A stretch of 64,000 nt of DNA, taken from NCBI GenBank assembly GCA_963803875.1, contig CAWDOA010000017.1:15247-79246 (forward strand). Direction: 5' to 3'. The notes beneath the pieces were generated by a model. It saw nothing but the letters and a program-made list of their open reading frames with translations. It did no database searches and had not been told where the DNA came from. The translations under genes were made by a program, and so were the position numbers. This DNA comes from an uncultured Acidimicrobiales bacterium (GTDB lineage Bacteria; Actinomycetota; Acidimicrobiia; Acidimicrobiales; SZUA-35). This document shows, one piece after another, positions 59,830 to 64,000 of the stretch. Numbering within the stretch: position 1 is the stretch's first letter; each line of letters begins with the position of its first letter.

Positions 59830-59911
59830 TGTTGAGAACATAGGGCACGGGCGACGCTGAAGTGAGCGATCTGCCGCTCGATTTGTTTTCGCCACATCAG
59901 GAGGCCCAGCT

Positions 59912-60331
59912 GTGAACTCCCATATCGTTTCCGGTCCGACAGCCCTCAATGAGCTGACGATGGCCGAGTGCGAGGGCCTGCTCCTTCGAACCCCGGTAGG
60001 CCGTATCGGATTCAGTCTTGGCGGTGAGCAGTGCATTCTTCCGATCAACTATCGATTCCTCGACGGCCACATAGTGTTCAGAACCACCACCGGACGCAAG
60101 CTGCATGCGGTCGCAGGAGGCGAAAAGGTTGCGTTCGAGGTGGACAGGTGGGATCGGGAGACCCGCACCGGCTGGAGTGTGCTGGTCATTGGACCGGCGG
60201 AGGAGATCGCAGACTACGAGGAGTTCGAGAAAGTTGAGGCGCTTGGACTCCGCCCGTGGACCAACGATCCGAGCTTGAATCGGTGGGTTCGAATCGTCCC
60301 GGACAAGATCACCGGCCGTCGGATCTCCTAG
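59912..60331 (+). CDS. Pyridoxamine 5'-phosphate oxidase-like protein
   Basis: ECEGLL...VGRIG, ILPINY, FRTTTGRKL, VAFEVD...GWSV, ITGRR. Confidence 0.9.
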   Translation: MNSHIVSGPTALNELTMAECEGLLLRTPVGRIGFSLGGEQCILPINYRFLDGHIVFRTTTGRKLHAVAGGEKVAFEVDRWDRETRTGWSVLVIGPAEEIADYEEFEKVEALGLRPWTNDPSLNRWVRIVPDKITGRRIS

Positions 60332-60349
60332 CTGGCTGGTCGCACGAAT

Positions 60350-60417
60350 CTGATTTTGGCTACCTGCTGATTCTGGTTACCTGCTGATCCGGGCTACGTG
60401 CTGATTCGGGCTACTTG
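60350..60417. repeat. Four tandem 17-bp repeats
   Basis: ctgattttggctacctg / ctgattctggttacctg / ctgatccgggctacgtg / ctgattcgggctacttg. Confidence 0.9.
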
Positions 60418-60905
60418 GTCAGCGCAAGATCTGCCGCGACATCTTCGGCCCACGCGGTAATCCGATTCCAGTTGCGGTAGTCGCCGTCGGCGACACCGAG
60501 AGCACGGATCATGGCCCGGTCACCAAAGGACAGATGGGTTGAGTCCAAGGCACCGGCAAACAGGGCGTGGCCTCGTGCGTCCAGGGCCGTGAGGGCTGAT
60601 TCGACGTCCTTGGGGTTCTCGGTTGGCGTTGGGGGGTTCCCGAGCGGGCCGACACTGAACAGCCACACCGGAAGAGCTGCGAGTGCGGGGCCGTTGGAGC
60701 GCAGGAAGTTCCGAACCGAACGCCGCCACCGACCTGCGTAGACTGCGCTGCCGATGACCACACCGTCGTACTGGGCAAGGTCGGGGTGTTGGTCCGGCGT
60801 TCTGACCTCGACCTGGAGCCCTTTCTGAGCGAACACATCGGCCATGTGATGGGCGATTCTGCCGGTGGACCCATATTTCGAGCCGAAGATGATGAGAATT
60901 GTCAT
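60411..60905 (-). CDS. Flavodoxin-domain protein (HemG-like)
   Basis: IFGSKYGSTGRIA, YDGVVIGSAVYAGRW, WLFSVGPLG, DYRNW. Confidence 0.88.
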   Translation of the reverse strand: MTILIIFGSKYGSTGRIAHHMADVFAQKGLQVEVRTPDQHPDLAQYDGVVIGSAVYAGRWRRSVRNFLRSNGPALAALPVWLFSVGPLGNPPTPTENPKDVESALTALDARGHALFAGALDSTHLSFGDRAMIRALGVADGDYRNWNRITAWAEDVAADLALTK

Positions 60906-61360
60906 TTTGTACCTGCCGGGATTGCGTCCACGTGGGCCGTGGGGACCATTGCAATTGCGCACGTTGCGCCTCGGATCACAGACCTGGCCACCGAGCCCAA
61001 TTCTCCTAGTCCTGAGTGATGAGTGTTTCCGAGAACGATCAGGTCAGCCGTCTCGCCAGCCTTCACCAGTTCGGTGACCGGGTCCCCATGGCGCACGTCG
61101 ACCCGTACCGGCACGGCCGATCGATGGTTCTCCCACCGATCCCTACTCACCTCTTCGATCAGGCTGTTCACCCGGGCAGCAGCGGCCATTTGAGCCGTGT
61201 GCAGGTTGGCGAATGGGTTCTCCAGACCGCCCAGCAACGTGAGATTCCATACTGAGAGCGCCACTACCTCGTCGGCGCCGTCGGCCTGGTCCAGGGCCCA
61301 ACTGAGCACGCTGCTGGCCGTTGGTGATGCATCGACTGCGACGACGATCTTTCGATTCAC
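60902..61360 (-). CDS. Universal stress protein
   Basis: IVVAVDASP, HGDP, DLIVLG..LGSVA..ATC. Confidence 0.9.
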   Translation of the reverse strand: MNRKIVVAVDASPTASSVLSWALDQADGADEVVALSVWNLTLLGGLENPFANLHTAQMAAAARVNSLIEEVSRDRWENHRSAVPVRVDVRHGDPVTELVKAGETADLIVLGNTHHSGLGELGSVARSVIRGATCAIAMVPTAHVDAIPAGTK

Positions 61361-62190
61361 TTTTCGGGTCCTTCTTGATGAACGGCGAGCACAGGCACTG
61401 AGGCACGCTTCACGATGTCGATGGCCACGCTGCCGAACAGCAAACGATCGAGCCCGCTACGTTGCCGGGTGGCAACGACCAGTAGTACCGCATCCCGACT
61501 CTCGCTGAAGCTGACGATTTCCTTGGCGGGATGAGCGCCGTGGAGCACGTCGTAGTTGACCGTGGCAGTGCCGCGCGCCTCGAGGTCACGGGCCAGTGCA
61601 TGGAGCTGATTGGTCTCCAACGGGAGATGGTGGCCGGGCAGGGCGCTGACACCTGCCGCCACTTTGAGTTCCTCACCAACCGAGATCAGCCAGGGTGAGA
61701 GGTTGAACTCGGTCGAAACCCGGGCCGTAGCATTGAGCAAGCTCTCGCTCTCGGCTTGAGGGTCAACGCAGCCGAAGACGGCACCGTCGAGCTCGTAGTT
61801 CTCGACATCCACATTGGGCCCGACGATCACACTCAGACCGGCGGGACGTTGGTGAACGATCTCCTCGGAGACATTGCCCAGGAGTCGCTGGGTGTGAGAA
61901 TGGCCCGGACTGGCGAGCACGACGAGCGTCTCGTCATCCATCAGATCGTGAAGTGCGTTCTCCACCGACACGCTGTTCAGTCGGATCACAACTTGGTCCG
62001 GTTGCAGCCCTGCCGCCTCGACCCGTTCTCGAAGATCGGTTCGCCGTTGGTCTTCGTCGATCACCTCGGTGAACAAGACCGTGGCAACGACGAGTTCGGC
62101 TCCCGATGCCTTGGCGAAAGCGTCGGCCGGCTTCAGTGCGCGCAACGAGGACTTGGACGAATCGATTGGTACGAGAACTCGTTTGAACAC
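61357..62190 (-). CDS. Tandem universal stress protein
   Basis: MFKRVLVPIDSS, LLGNVSEEI, LLFGSVAIDIVKRASVPVL; gagga RBS. Confidence 0.9.
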   Translation of the reverse strand: MFKRVLVPIDSSKSSLRALKPADAFAKASGAELVVATVLFTEVIDEDQRRTDLRERVEAAGLQPDQVVIRLNSVSVENALHDLMDDETLVVLASPGHSHTQRLLGNVSEEIVHQRPAGLSVIVGPNVDVENYELDGAVFGCVDPQAESESLLNATARVSTEFNLSPWLISVGEELKVAAGVSALPGHHLPLETNQLHALARDLEARGTATVNYDVLHGAHPAKEIVSFSESRDAVLLVVATRQRSGLDRLLFGSVAIDIVKRASVPVLAVHQEGPEK

Positions 62191-62253
62191 TGTGGTTCCT
62201 CTTTCGGTGGATCCCTCCGTGTAAGAGTGACCCGTAGCTGTGTGGACTCGCTA

Positions 62254-62330
62254 GGGACTTTCGTCAACCGATCTTCCGAAGAGCAGGTGGGACTAAAGGC
62301 CCTGTCTAGACCTCATTGGACCAATGTCTC
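62254..62330. promoter_or_regulatory. Cluster of three DosR-type boxes in a divergent promoter
   Basis: GGGACTTTCGTCAA (62254), GGGACTAAAGGCCC (62289), TGGACCAATGTCTC (62317). Confidence 0.75.
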
Positions 62331-62338
62331 CTAGAGAT

Positions 62339-62761
62339 ATGAGCGAGGACGATCTACGGGCACCACTGGAAGACTTGACCCCTGAGCAGTGTTGGGAGCT
62401 GTTGGCCCAGAAGTCGATCGGACGTCTGGCGGTGGTCATCAACAACAGCCCGGACATCTTCCCGGTCAACTACAAGGTCTGGAACAAGGAGATTTACGTT
62501 CAGACCGCGCCGGGGATGAAGCTGGCGGCGGCCGTGCTGAACCCCACGGTTGCATTCGAGGTCGACGCCATCGATGAGATGCGCAAGTTCGGCTGGAGCG
62601 TTGTGGTGCGTGGAGAGGCAAACGAACTAGAGCAGATCGATGATCTCATGTTCGCCGAGGATCTGTCGGTAGGGCCGTGGGCCGCCGGAGTGAAGAGTCG
62701 ATTCCTACAGATCGTTCCGTCAACGATCTCAGGTCGTATGCTCCCCACCCGGCCTGAGTAG
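62339..62761 (+). CDS. Pyridoxamine 5'-phosphate oxidase-like protein
   Basis: QCWELL...IGRLA, PDIFPVNY, TAPGMKL, VAFEVD...GWSVVVRG, ISGR. Confidence 0.9.
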   Translation: MSEDDLRAPLEDLTPEQCWELLAQKSIGRLAVVINNSPDIFPVNYKVWNKEIYVQTAPGMKLAAAVLNPTVAFEVDAIDEMRKFGWSVVVRGEANELEQIDDLMFAEDLSVGPWAAGVKSRFLQIVPSTISGRMLPTRPE

Positions 62762-62831
62762 GGCTTGGTCCATCGAGTCCGACATCGTCGTACGTGATCA
62801 TGATCACGATCCGTGGAACACTGGGGAGTCC

Positions 62832-64000
62832 GTGAAATTCACAGGTGAGCTAGCACGGCAGCACATGCAGGCAGCACCTGACGCGATGCTCACATTCGAT
62901 TCGTCGGGTCGAATCACATGGGCCAACACGAGCGCACACGAGCTGTTTGGCTACGGGGAAACCGGTTTGCAGGAATGTGGCCTGCAAGAGTTGGTGCCCG
63001 AGCGATTCCATCGGGCCCAGCTTGCGCGCTATCTCGAACACCCTCAGCCCCGATTGATGGGTGAGGGTCCCCGCAGTCTGGTAGGGCTACGTGCCGACGG
63101 TTCGGAGTTCGCAGCGGAGATCAGCTTGGGCCCGATACAGACCGTCGACGACGAGCTCTCGGTCTTTGCGGTTGTTCGGGATGTGACCGCGCTTCGTGAT
63201 CAGCAATCTGAGGTTGAAGCAATTCGAGCCTCGCTTGACACCGTTGAGGAAGCCATCTTCATCTTCGAGGTCGGCAGCCTCACGTTGTGTTATGTGAACG
63301 ACGGCAGCGTGCCGGCAATCCGGCCTTTCCCGTTCCGACCTCTTGGACGGCATGATGTTTACCGATTTGGCCCCCGGCCTCGGTCGCCAAGAGCTCGAGA
63401 ATCTTCTGGCGCCGCTGGTGGCGGGCGATCGTTCCCTGATCACCTATGACTCGGTGCACAGTCGCAGGGGGGCATCGGACCGGAACGTCGAAGTGCTGAT
63501 CCAGCACCCTGGCTCGTTGACCTTTGGCAAGGACTGTTTGATCGCACTCGTGCGCGACACCACTGAGCGGCTGGCTCAGGTCAAGCGACTGTCGGCATCG
63601 GAACGAGCCTTTCGGTCGGCGTTCGAGGATGCTCCGGTTGGAATGGCTATTGCGGATCTCCGGGTGTCGGGCGAGCGCCGGATCCTTGCCGCCAACGACT
63701 CCTTGGCAGACATGCTCGGACGCTCCATCGAGGAGCTGGTCGGAGAATCGTTCGATTCGCTGACTCATCCCGAGGATCGCGACTCAAGTTTGGCCGGTGC
63801 TGAGGGTTTGGCCACCGGCAGGTTCGATCTCTATCGAACCCAGAAAAGGTATCTCCGCCCCGACGGTAGCGTTGTGACCGCATTGCTCTCGGCTGCGTCG
63901 CTGGCTACAGATGAAGGGCCGCGTGCACTGGCCCACATCGTGGATATGAGCCGGATCCTCACGGCGGAGTTCGAGCGAGATCAGCGGGAGGAACTTCTCA
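62832..64000 (+). CDS. Multi-PAS sensor protein, 3'-truncated paralog of 57920..59701; +1 frameshift near 63307
   Basis: APDAML, RADGSEFAAEISL, YVNDG; after the shift ASERAFRSAFEDAPVGMAIAD, LTHPED, KRYLRPDG; open to the window end. Confidence 0.85.

Noticed and set aside
7931-63310. Frameshifted genes as true pseudogenes or programmed frameshifts
   Set aside because: All are +1 single-base events without slippery sites or other decay; best explained as sequencing error.

Overview
High-GC actinobacterial chromosome segment. The gene content (CofE/F420, DUF222-HNH, DUF3516 helicase, DosR-like and SigC-like regulators, pervasive leaderless TANNNT promoters) best fits Acidimicrobiia; this is an inference. 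In order: an orphan AbiEi-wHTH/DUF559 nuclease gene bracketed by doublets of a 60-bp REP-like palindromic repeat with variable loops; fatty-acid and acyl-CoA carboxylase genes with TetR regulators; two two-component systems; tpx; an hpa-type meta-cleavage cluster with a LigA/LigB dioxygenase; an Rpf-like transglycosylase; a cytochrome c-SCO-cupredoxin operon and an anti-sigma gene that share a SigC-type promoter; an LCP/UDP-sugar/GT4 glycan locus; a DUF222-HNH gene; a helicase carrying an in-frame structured insert; cofE; and a ~13-kb DosR-like dormancy/hypoxia region (USPs, Rv2004c-like kinase, HPF fusion, PAS kinases, DosR boxes). About ten genes are broken by single-base +1 insertions, most likely sequencing errors. 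No tRNA, rRNA, CRISPR array or transposase was seen. All product calls come from motif recognition by eye, not from database searches.
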